Shown one piece after another: positions 8,391-16,240 of a DNA stretch of 64,000 nt (within the stretch, counting starts at the first letter, position 1; each line of letters starts with the position of its first letter). A program made the translations under genes and the position numbers. The notes below the pieces were generated by a model. It did not search any database and was not told where the DNA came from. It was given only the letters and a program-made list of their open reading frames with translations. Source of the stretch: Candidatus Cloacimonadota bacterium (GTDB lineage Bacteria > Cloacimonadota > Cloacimonadia > Cloacimonadales > JAIOQZ01); NCBI GenBank assembly GCA_021108395.1, contig JAIOQZ010000032.1, positions 202,434-266,433 of the forward strand, written 5' to 3'.

Positions 8391-9197
8391 CTACTTCAAA
8401 CTCCCCACATCCTCCACCCCATTATACACCCCCAGCATCTCGGCGGCAATGGCTACGGCAATCTCGGCGGCGGTGGTGCGCGCCACGTTCAGCCCGATGG
8501 GTGCATGCACCCGCGACAGCCAGTCGGCCGCATCATCCACTTGTTCTTCGATGGCCGCGAACGTGGCCGCCACCTTGCGTTTGCTGCCAATCATGCCGAT
8601 GTATGCGCAGTCAACGCGGCGTGCGCAGAGCGTGCGCAGGATGTCGAGGTCGGCGCCGTGGCCGTGGGTGAAGATGATCACCGCGTCATGCGAGCCAGGC
8701 GAGAACGTGGCGGCGTAGTCGGCGTAATCGACAGTGTCGAAGGCGCTGGCCTGCGGGATGCGCTCGATCGTGGCCATGCCGGGGCGGTCGTCGAGCGCCA
8801 CCACGTGGAAGCCGACGCTACGCAGAATGGGCGCAAGCGCCTGGCATAGGTGCCCCGCGCCGAACAGAAAGGCCCGTCGCGCCGCCGGGATGTGTTCGAG
8901 GAAGACGCGGATGTCGCCGCCGCAGGCCATGCCGAGTCCATCTGCGTCCTCTGTGAGGGTGTAGGTGAGCAGCGCCGTGCCGCCGTCTTGCAGCAACTCG
9001 CGGGCTTTCTGCGTCACCACACGCTCCACATTGCCGCCGCCAACGGTGCCGCGTGTTTCGCCGTTTGCACACACCAGCAGCTTGAATCCCGGCCTGCCGG
9101 GCATACTCCCAGCCGCTTCGACGACCGTGCACAGCACATAGCCCTCGCCGGATTCGCTCAGTCCGGCGGCCAGACGCAGAACGTCGGCGGGGTTCAT
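8391..9197 (-). CDS. XdhC/CoxI-family accessory protein
   Basis: GYVLCTVVEAAGSMPGRPGFKLLV..GTVGGGNVE (XdhC_CoxI block) and FLFGAGHLCQALAPILRSVGFHVVALDDRP (Rossmann-like C-terminal block). Confidence 0.8.
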   Translation of the reverse strand: MNPADVLRLAAGLSESGEGYVLCTVVEAAGSMPGRPGFKLLVCANGETRGTVGGGNVERVVTQKARELLQDGGTALLTYTLTEDADGLGMACGGDIRVFLEHIPAARRAFLFGAGHLCQALAPILRSVGFHVVALDDRPGMATIERIPQASAFDTVDYADYAATFSPGSHDAVIIFTHGHGADLDILRTLCARRVDCAYIGMIGSKRKVAATFAAIEEQVDDAADWLSRVHAPIGLNVARTTAAEIAVAIAAEMLGVYNGVEDVGSLK

Positions 9198-10981
9198 GCG
9201 TCGGCCCCGTAGCGTATTCGCATAACGTTCAGCAACTTATCGAGCCGGTGACGGTAGGTGTGCGCCCGCAGAATTGATTCCCGCCCCGCCTGCGCGATGC
9301 GCCTGCGTTCGTCCTCGTGACCGAGGTAATAACTTACAAGGTCGGGTATCTCGTTCACATCGTTGAAGAACACGACGTCGCTGCCGTTGCCCGTGAAGAT
9401 TTCGTCGAGCTGCGCTTTGTAGTCGGTGAGCAGGAAAGCGCCGCAGGCCGGCGCGTCGAACACGCGCTGATTGACGGCGTTTTTCATCTGGCGACTGGTC
9501 ATGTTGAAGTTGAGGCGCGACTGGTTATACAGCGTGGCCAGGCCGTCGTAGTACATCACCTCGCGGTGGATGTGATAGCGGCCGTCGCGCAGCAGGTCGT
9601 CCCAGTTTGGGTCGCCGAAGATGTCGGGATAGAACGGCGCCAGCTTGTCCAGTCCGCCCAGACGGTAAACCTGCGTGGCGCGCCAGAGCACGGCGGCCAG
9701 GAAGTCCTCGCGCTGGTCGTCGCTGTCGAAGCGGTAGGTCTCGCCCTCGCGTTCGAGCGCATCCATCGCGTCGGGCACATAGCGCGTGTCGAGTTCGAGG
9801 AAGCGCAGCGCGGTCGGTTCCAGCTGGCGCAGCAGGTCGGGCCTGTACACCAGTCGCCGCAGGTTCTTGTGTGTGCTATAGACCATGCTCGAACCAACGA
9901 AACTTATGTCATAACGCTGCGGCAGTTCCAGCGGACGGAACAGCGATGGCAGCGTAGCCAGCGGCAGGTAGTCCACGTGCGGGTAGCCGCGTTGGTGCAC
10001 GTCGTCGATGTAATCGCGGTCCCACACGAAGATGCTGCACCAGTCGCTGACGTTGGTGCCGCTCTCGGACAGGACGATGGTGGGGCTGTCCACGTACCAC
10101 GAGGCGTAGGGGATTTCAAGCTCGCTCAACAGCTCGGTGAGGCGGCCTTCCTGGTCGAAGCCGAGGTGGTTGATGGTGAGCACGAAGTCGGGACGGAACT
10201 CGGCGATGAGCGAGAGAAAGCTGCGCACAAACTCGGCGTAGTCGTAGTTGTCGCGGTCGATGTGCACGTAGCGCACTTGCTGTCCAAGCCCGTTGAGCGT
10301 TTCGAGGCATTCTTTGGTCAGCACGTAGCCGCTGTCGATGAAGATAATGCGTGCCTGCGGCGTGGCGAACTTGCGGTAGCGCCAGCGGTCGCTCAGCTCG
10401 TAGGCGGGGCGGCCCTCGAGGCGTTGCTTCACCTGGGCGAAGTAATCGGGCAGCAGCCTGGTGCGCGCCGTCAGCTCGACGATGTCGTACCCGCCCGGGC
10501 GAACAGCGGCCAGTCGCGGCGCCTCGAAGCTCTCGTGTCCCACGATGTAGGTCACGCGCCCGCCCAGCGCTCGCAGGCTTGTGTGATGCAGCGCCAGGTT
10601 GAACAGGTGCTTGTCCGGCTCGATGACCACCAGGCACCCCAGGTGCTTCTGCGCCAGCGACTGCAAATGGTAGCCTAAACCTATGCCCAGCACGACGAGC
10701 GTGTCGTGTGCGGGGACGAGAGCGGCGGCGAGTTTGGCAGCGTCACGGACGGGGTAGTAGGGCGAGTGGACGGTCTGCCGTTGCTCGCCGAATTGCAGCA
10801 CGAGCGCGGGCAGTTCTTCGCGGCTGGGCGGTGTTTGCCAGTCGGCGTCCCAGCGGCACCAGCCCGGCTTGATGTGGACGTCGGTGCGCATTTGCAGGTA
10901 GGCGTGGTTGTCGTCGAAGAGGTTCATGTTCCATCCCGAAGCAGTTTTCGTTAGATAGCCGAAGAGCGTTAGTTTTGTCAA
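9194..10981 (-). CDS. CgeB-family / DUF3880-type glycosyltransferase-like protein
   Basis: The C-terminal block NQRVFDAPACGAFLLTD..VVFFNDVNEIPDLVSYYLGHEDERRRIAQAGRESILRAHTYRHRLDKLL resembles the CgeB/Glyco_trans_1_2 signature. The listed start is TTG; an internal ATG at 10927 is possible. Its stop overlaps the XdhC-like start (ATGA, 9194-9197). Confidence 0.7.
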   Translation of the reverse strand: MTKLTLFGYLTKTASGWNMNLFDDNHAYLQMRTDVHIKPGWCRWDADWQTPPSREELPALVLQFGEQRQTVHSPYYPVRDAAKLAAALVPAHDTLVVLGIGLGYHLQSLAQKHLGCLVVIEPDKHLFNLALHHTSLRALGGRVTYIVGHESFEAPRLAAVRPGGYDIVELTARTRLLPDYFAQVKQRLEGRPAYELSDRWRYRKFATPQARIIFIDSGYVLTKECLETLNGLGQQVRYVHIDRDNYDYAEFVRSFLSLIAEFRPDFVLTINHLGFDQEGRLTELLSELEIPYASWYVDSPTIVLSESGTNVSDWCSIFVWDRDYIDDVHQRGYPHVDYLPLATLPSLFRPLELPQRYDISFVGSSMVYSTHKNLRRLVYRPDLLRQLEPTALRFLELDTRYVPDAMDALEREGETYRFDSDDQREDFLAAVLWRATQVYRLGGLDKLAPFYPDIFGDPNWDDLLRDGRYHIHREVMYYDGLATLYNQSRLNFNMTSRQMKNAVNQRVFDAPACGAFLLTDYKAQLDEIFTGNGSDVVFFNDVNEIPDLVSYYLGHEDERRRIAQAGRESILRAHTYRHRLDKLLNVMRIRYGADA

Positions 10982-11086
10982 GTATTCCTCATATTCAGTT
11001 GCCTTCCGACGACACAGTTGACGAAATCATTGTAACGGTGTTCTTCGAATTTAGTTATTTCTAGTGACTTACACAAAAAGGAGGCA

Positions 11087-11245
11087 ATGATTATGTCTAA
11101 GAAATCGCCAATGACTGGGAAAGCTTCTTCTAGAATCCAAAGTTCTGGTGCGAAAAATCCAGGTGGAGCTACAAGCAAAACCGGCTTTGCTTCCCGTGCA
11201 CAGCGAGGTGCTGCAAAAAACAGTGGCAATTCTTCAAAGAAATGA
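11087..11245 (+). CDS. Unlisted small ORF (52 aa), basic and Ser/Gly/Lys-rich, with an internal duplicated motif
   Basis: Hand translation: MIMSKKSPMTGKASSRIQSSGAKNPGGATSKTGFASRAQRGAAKNSGNSSKK. Strong SD AAAGGAGG lies 3-9 nt upstream. Internal repeat ASSRIQSSGAKN / FASRAQRGAAKN. It is below the 60-aa cutoff of the ORF track. Confidence 0.6.
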   Translation: MIMSKKSPMTGKASSRIQSSGAKNPGGATSKTGFASRAQRGAAKNSGNSSKK

Positions 11246-11320
11246 ACACTGGGAGGTCTGTCCCTCACACTGTTGACAAAGGCTCACTGACGTAGATATT
11301 TGTCTACAGTTTTTCATCGA

Positions 11321-11514
11321 GAAGTGCTGTAAGCCTGTTAGAAGGCTTACAGCACTTCACTACATGACAAGCTCGCTTTTTGTAAAAAGCGAGACCAAAA
11401 ACTTTTGCGGAAACTTCGTTTCCTATGTACACAATAATTCTCTTGTGCCCAGGATGCGTTAGCATCCACCAAAAGTTTTTGATCCAAACTTTTTACAAAA
11501 AGTTTGGGTTTTTC
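11321..11514. other. Cluster of five perfect hairpins plus one long-range inverted repeat in an AT-rich spacer
   Basis: H1 11321-11358 (15-bp stem). H2 11372-11393 (ctcgcttttt/aaaaagcgag). H5 11409-11423 (ggaaac/gtttcc). H3 11452-11467 (ggatgc/gcatcc). H4 11484-11507 (ccaaacttttt/aaaaagtttgg, followed by gtttttc). caaaaacttttg at 11396 and its reverse complement at 11470 enclose H5 and H3. Confidence 0.8.
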
Positions 11515-11591
11515 TTGTCCCGTGTTCTTTGCTTGACACCCCGCGCCCCTGCCTGCTTCATGGTAAACAAATTTTGCTTGAGAGGTATCTT

Positions 11592-12575
11592 ATGGTACGC
11601 ATCGCGGTAGCAGGCGTAGGGCATCTTGGTCAGCATCACGCACGGGTTCTGCACGGCATCGACGGTTGCACGCTCAGCGGCGTGTTCGACACGGACAAGA
11701 AGCGCGCCCGTGAGATCGCGCAGCGCCACGGAGCGCCGGTGTTCGACACCTACGAAGCGCTGCTGGCCGCCAGTGACGCCGTCGATATCGCCGTCACCAC
11801 CACGCACCACCACGCGCTGGGCAAGGCTGCGCTGGAGGCCGGGCTGCATGTGTTTGTCGAGAAACCCATCACCAGCGAGCTGTGGCAGGGCGAAGAACTG
11901 GTCGCGCTGGCCGAGGCGAACGATCTGCGGCTGGGCGTGGGGCACATCGAGCGGTTCAACCCGGTGGTGCTCGAGGCGCAGGCGGCTATCGACAACCCGA
12001 TGTTCATCGAGTCGCACCGGCTGGCGCCGTTCCAGCCGCGTGGCAGCGACGTGCCGGTCATCCTCGACCTGATGATTCACGACATCGACCTGATACTCGC
12101 GTTCGTGAACAGCGAAATCAGTGGTATCCACGCCTCGGGAGTGAGCATCCTCACCCCCAGCATCGACATCGCCAACGCGCGGGTCGAGTTCGCCAACGGC
12201 GCCATCGCCAACGTGACATCGAGTCGCGTGAGCATGAAAACCGAGCGCAAACTGCGATTCTTCCAGAAAGACGCCTACATCTCGATGGATTTCCAGGCGA
12301 AAACCGTCAAGATTCTACGCAAATCGGCCAATATCGCCAAACTGCTGCCCAAGATTCTCACCGGCGGCCTCGGCAAGATAGACCCCGCCGAGCTGGTTGA
12401 CATCACGGAGGTGGATGCTTCCACCCGCGACAAGGATGCGCTCACCTGTGAGCTCGAAGCCTTCGTTCTCGCGGTCGAAGCAGGTTCGAATCCGCTGGTG
12501 GACGGTCGCGCCGGACTGCGCGCACTGCGCGTGGCGCACCAGATCATCGACCGGATCATACCTGCAAAAATGTAA
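11592..12575 (+). CDS. Gfo/Idh/MocA-family NAD(P)-dependent oxidoreductase
   Basis: N-terminal Rossmann IAVAGVGHLGQHHARVL and the VFVEKPIT motif. ATG 11592 (SD GAGAGG) is preferred over the listed TTG 11529. Confidence 0.85.
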   Translation: MVRIAVAGVGHLGQHHARVLHGIDGCTLSGVFDTDKKRAREIAQRHGAPVFDTYEALLAASDAVDIAVTTTHHHALGKAALEAGLHVFVEKPITSELWQGEELVALAEANDLRLGVGHIERFNPVVLEAQAAIDNPMFIESHRLAPFQPRGSDVPVILDLMIHDIDLILAFVNSEISGIHASGVSILTPSIDIANARVEFANGAIANVTSSRVSMKTERKLRFFQKDAYISMDFQAKTVKILRKSANIAKLLPKILTGGLGKIDPAELVDITEVDASTRDKDALTCELEAFVLAVEAGSNPLVDGRAGLRALRVAHQIIDRIIPAKM

Positions 12576-12584
12576 GGAGAAAAC

Positions 12585-13883
12585 ATGCAGACTATTCAGA
12601 TATATCAGTTAAAGGACTTTGTTGGACAGGAAGTGAAACTGCGCGGCTGGGTGCGCAACTGGCGCAAGCAGTCCAGCAAACTGCGTTTCGTCGTCCTGCG
12701 GGATGGCACAGGCGAGGTGCAATGCGTGGCGCACAAGCCCGACATGGGCGAGGAAGCGTTCGAGGCCGTGAAGGCGCTCAGCATCGAGACCTCGCTCGAA
12801 GTGTGGGGCACTGTGGGGCGTCACCCGCGCCGCGAGGGCGTCTTTGAAATCGCCCTGAAGCGCGTGGTCCCCATGCAAGTAGCCGTTGACTACCCCATCG
12901 GCAAGAAGGAGCACGGCCCCGATTTCCTGCTGGGACAACGCCACCTGTGGTTGCGTTCCAGCCGGCAGTGGGCGCAGCTTCGCATCCGTCACACGGTGTA
13001 CAGCGCTATCGAGGGATTCCTCAACGGCCAGGGCTTCATCCGCTTCGACTCGCCCATCCTCACCCCAAGTTCCTGCGAGGATACCACAACGCTGTTCGAG
13101 GTGCCCTACTTCGACATGGGCAGCGCCTACCTCTCGCAGTCGGGGCAGCTCTACCTCGAAGCAGGCATCATGAGCCTGAGGCGCGTCTATGACTTCGGGC
13201 CGGTGTTCCGCGCCGAGAAGAGCAAGACCCGCAAGCATCTCACCGAGTTCTGGATGATGGACGCCGAGGCGGCCTTCGTCGAGCACGAGGAGAACATGCA
13301 GATTCAGGAAGACCTCATCCGCCACATCATCCGCACCGTGCTCGAACGTTGCGCGACAGAGCTCGAGACGCTCGAACGCGACACAGACACTCTGCGCCGG
13401 GCAGACGCGCCATTCCCCCGCTGGACTCACCGCCAGGCCATCGACTATCTCAAGTCGAAGGGCTGCGACATCGACTATTCAGACGACTTCGGCGCGGCTG
13501 AGGAAGAGATGCTCACCGCGGAGTCGGACACGCCGGTGTTCATCGAGCGATGGCCGGCGGAGATCAAGGCGTTCTACATGCGGCGCGACCCGGAGTCGCC
13601 GGGACTGGCGCTGTGTTCCGACCTCCTGGCGCCGGAGGGGTTTGGCGAAATCATCGGTGGCAGCGAGCGCGAGACCGACCACGACGAGCTACAGAGCCGC
13701 ATGAAGTCGCTGGGTATGCCCATGGACGAGTACCAGTGGTACCTCGACCTGCGCAAGTATGGCAGCGTGCCGCACAGCGGGTTCGGCATCGGGCTCGAGC
13801 GCACCGTTGGCTGGATGGCCGGCAGCCGCCACGTCCGCGAGTGCATCCCCTTCCCGAGGATGATATCGCGGGTAACGCCGTAA
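12585..13883 (+). CDS. asnS: Asparagine--tRNA ligase
   Basis: Class II aaRS with an N-terminal OB fold (VKLRGWVRNWR). Motif 2 FRAEKSKTRKHLTEFWMMDAE, motif 3 GFGIGLERTV. The C-terminus IPFPRMISRVTP and the ~430-aa size fit AsnRS rather than AspRS. Confidence 0.9.
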   Translation: MQTIQIYQLKDFVGQEVKLRGWVRNWRKQSSKLRFVVLRDGTGEVQCVAHKPDMGEEAFEAVKALSIETSLEVWGTVGRHPRREGVFEIALKRVVPMQVAVDYPIGKKEHGPDFLLGQRHLWLRSSRQWAQLRIRHTVYSAIEGFLNGQGFIRFDSPILTPSSCEDTTTLFEVPYFDMGSAYLSQSGQLYLEAGIMSLRRVYDFGPVFRAEKSKTRKHLTEFWMMDAEAAFVEHEENMQIQEDLIRHIIRTVLERCATELETLERDTDTLRRADAPFPRWTHRQAIDYLKSKGCDIDYSDDFGAAEEEMLTAESDTPVFIERWPAEIKAFYMRRDPESPGLALCSDLLAPEGFGEIIGGSERETDHDELQSRMKSLGMPMDEYQWYLDLRKYGSVPHSGFGIGLERTVGWMAGSRHVRECIPFPRMISRVTP

Positions 13884-13910
13884 ACGACCCTAACCGCCAA
13901 GATATGCAGA

Positions 13911-13940
13911 AGCGCCCCCGGAAAGGGGGCGTTTACTTTG
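13911..13940. terminator. Intrinsic terminator hairpin shared by asnS (+) and the convergent AT-rich cassette (-)
   Basis: agcgccccc ggaaa gggggcgtt followed by tactttg. On the minus strand the same stem is followed by cttctgcatatctt. Confidence 0.65.
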
Positions 13941-14007
13941 ACTCCCTCACCCGGTTTCGCTGAGCTCAACCACAGAATGAAGGCCTTTCACGGCTCAGCT
14001 CACATAC

Positions 14008-14358
14008 TCACCTCACGAAACAATCCCAAGATGTAGAAGACCATTGAAAAGTGGGGATTGCAGGGATTGGTGGAAGGTTTGGGATGGGTGGAATTGGTGG
14101 GATATAGGGTATAGGTGGAATAGGTGGAATACACGGGACAGGAAGTATTGGACCACCAGTTGCTCCTTTGATAAAAGCAACAGCTGCACCTTGATGATCA
14201 CGGAAGAATCCCTTGTTGAAGATGCCTAAATGGTTGCCATTATAGGAGAATAGGTTGGATCTGTTGATAAACGCAACATGCTCTCCTGACATGCTCAGTA
14301 TTGCATTTTCCTTCAGCCAGCTTACAACAGAACCGTTTCTATTGTATATAGGTTGCAT
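14008..14358 (-). CDS. 4-fold beta-flower-like repeat protein with an (I/L)PP-repeat tail
   Basis: Four ~16-aa units: IYNRNGSVVSWLKENA / ILSMSGEHVAFINRSN / LFSYNGNHLGIFNKGF / FRDHQGAAVAFIKGAT. These are followed by GGPILPVPCIPPIPPIPYIPPIPPIPNLPPIPAIPTFQW. SD GGAGG sits 5 nt upstream. AT-rich. Confidence 0.7.
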   Translation of the reverse strand: MQPIYNRNGSVVSWLKENAILSMSGEHVAFINRSNLFSYNGNHLGIFNKGFFRDHQGAAVAFIKGATGGPILPVPCIPPIPPIPYIPPIPPIPNLPPIPAIPTFQWSSTSWDCFVR

Positions 14359-14388
14359 ATAACCTCCAAGCAGTGAGTGATGTGCAGA

Positions 14389-15135
14389 TTAGTCTGAAAT
14401 ATCCAATATATGCTCTCTTGCAGCTTGAGCAACGATATCTTTTAAGCAAAGAACAGATGTTGGAAGATGTTCATCATTCGTCTCATCATGCTCCCAGCAA
14501 ATTAGGACATCTACTTCATCAGGTCTATGATTCCCAATGAAATCGCGAGACCTAATCTTGAACTCTGCAATGAGATATTGAGATGTGTTCCGATCAATTA
14601 ATATTGCATCTGGTTTTGCTCTGGATGACCCATCATCTCTTTGCTCTCCATAGTAATTGGGGAGCAGATTCTGAATAAGTGATTCAGAGGTTCCAGCGCA
14701 GTATTTGAATTCGGTGAGATCTTGGATACTTCCAAATATCATGTATAGATCTGTCTCATATCGAGGCATCCAAGTCTCGTGAAGCAATGGAGTATAATGC
14801 TCTATGTGTATATGCTTTGCATGTTGTCTATCTAGCACTGTTTGGGCGGCTTCTGGTTTTTCGTATTGGACTATTTCAGGTAGAATTATCAAAATTAAGT
14901 GATTTGATTTTGAGTACTTAACTTCAACTTTGTTTTTGTCCTTAAGATCTGGAAAAGACTCATAGAGCTTGCTTAGTCCAGTAATGACATGAGTGTAAAT
15001 AAGTTTCCCCTTCATTTCTACGTCTTCCTCATGGCCTTTGACTTGGACATTGATTCTACCAGGCTCAAGATTGTACTTCCGAACGAAACTTGCTCCTAAA
15101 TGAAGTGACATTATTTCCTTATACAATTTGGCCAT
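14389..15135 (-). CDS. Hypothetical protein with a C-terminal PD-(D/E)xK (restriction-endonuclease-fold) motif
   Basis: KPD(195)AILIDRNTSQYLIAE(210)FK(212), then VDVLICWEHD (numbering from the listed 267-aa ORF). ATG 15135 with SD AGGAGG is preferred over the listed start at 15192. AT-rich. No adjacent methyltransferase. Confidence 0.65.
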   Translation of the reverse strand: MAKLYKEIMSLHLGASFVRKYNLEPGRINVQVKGHEEDVEMKGKLIYTHVITGLSKLYESFPDLKDKNKVEVKYSKSNHLILIILPEIVQYEKPEAAQTVLDRQHAKHIHIEHYTPLLHETWMPRYETDLYMIFGSIQDLTEFKYCAGTSESLIQNLLPNYYGEQRDDGSSRAKPDAILIDRNTSQYLIAEFKIRSRDFIGNHRPDEVDVLICWEHDETNDEHLPTSVLCLKDIVAQAAREHILDISD

Positions 15136-15324
15136 CTCACCACCTCCTGTCCAGATTTCAACAATCCTGCTTTTCTCTCTTCTTTTCGTCAAGATAAAAC
15201 TCGTTTCTGGACAAAATCAACTATAGTTAATCCAACAACTTGCGCCATTCCTCCTCTCCTCGTTGCTAATTACTACCTGCTAATTGCTAATTGATATTGA
15301 CAGCTTTCCCTCCACGCGCAAACT

Positions 15325-15410
15325 TAGTTTGTACGGGGGTGCTCCGGTTGGGGCTGAGAACATACCCTTTGAACCTGTACGGGTAATGCCGGCGTAGGGA
15401 GCAGCATTTC
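15325..15410 (+). promoter_or_regulatory. TPP (THI-box) riboswitch
   Basis: ACGGGGGTGC..GGGCTGAGA..ACCCTTTGAACCTG..GGGTAATGCC..GCGTAGGGA matches the conserved THI-box core. It lies about 60 nt upstream of thi4. Boundaries are approximate. Confidence 0.9.
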
Positions 15411-15469
15411 TCAACCACCAGCCCACCCTCTCGAGTAGTATGCACAAAATACACATAGAGGGGGACTTA

Positions 15470-16240
15470 ATGGAACTCAAGGTATCAACCGCTATCGTCG
15501 AATCATTCTTTGCCAAGCTCAAGAAACATCTCGAAAGCGACGTCATCATTGCCGGGGGCGGCCCCAGCGGACTCGTCTGCGCCACCGAACTGGCCAGAAA
15601 GGGTGTGCGCGTGTGTCTGTTCGAGCGCAACCTGGCGCCCGGCGGCGGCATGTGGGGCGGCGCCATGCTGTTCAACCAGATAGTGGTGCAGCAGGAAGCG
15701 CTCCACCTGCTGGACGACTACGGCATCAACCACGAGCTTTTCTGCGACGGCCTGCACACCGCCGATTCTGTCGAGGCGACAGCCGCGCTCATCTACCACG
15801 CCCGTCACGCCGGGGCAGTCATTTTCAACGGCTTTTCCATCGAGGACGTGGCGTTAGACGGCGAGCGCGTGAGCGGCGTGGTGGTCAACTGGTCGCCGGT
15901 GCACCGTGAAGGCATGCACGTTGACCCGCTGGTGTTCCGCGCGAAGGCCGTGCTTGACGCTACCGGCCACCCCTGTGAAATCGCCGCTGTGCTGTCACGC
16001 AAGAACGGCGTCAAGCTGAACACTCCCACGGGCGAGGTGATGTGGGAAGGCTCGCTGGACGTCGAGCGCGGCGAGCAGGCCACCGTCGAGCACACAGAGG
16101 AAATCTACCCTGGCCTGTTTGTCTCCGGCATGGCGGCCTGCGGCGTGAGCGGCAGTTGTCGCATGGGACCCATCTTTGGCGGAATGCTGCTGTCGGGCGT
16201 GCGCGCCGCGAAGATCATCGGTGAGGCAATCGGCCTGTGA
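15470..16240 (+). CDS. thi4: Thi4-family thiazole (ADP-thiazole) synthase
   Basis: VIIAGGGPSGLVCATELARKG, GGGMWGGAMLFN, VLDATGH, LFVSGMAA. ATG 15470 (SD GAGGGGG) is preferred over the listed 15440. Confidence 0.85.
   Translation: MELKVSTAIVESFFAKLKKHLESDVIIAGGGPSGLVCATELARKGVRVCLFERNLAPGGGMWGGAMLFNQIVVQQEALHLLDDYGINHELFCDGLHTADSVEATAALIYHARHAGAVIFNGFSIEDVALDGERVSGVVVNWSPVHREGMHVDPLVFRAKAVLDATGHPCEIAAVLSRKNGVKLNTPTGEVMWEGSLDVERGEQATVEHTEEIYPGLFVSGMAACGVSGSCRMGPIFGGMLLSGVRAAKIIGEAIGL

Noticed and set aside
10978-11610. ORFs 10978-11268 (-) and 11425-11610 (+) in the AT-rich spacer
   Set aside because: The first is antisense to the SD-preceded small ORF at 11087-11245. The second runs through the hairpin cluster and into the oxidoreductase gene's leader. 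Neither has an SD or any motif.
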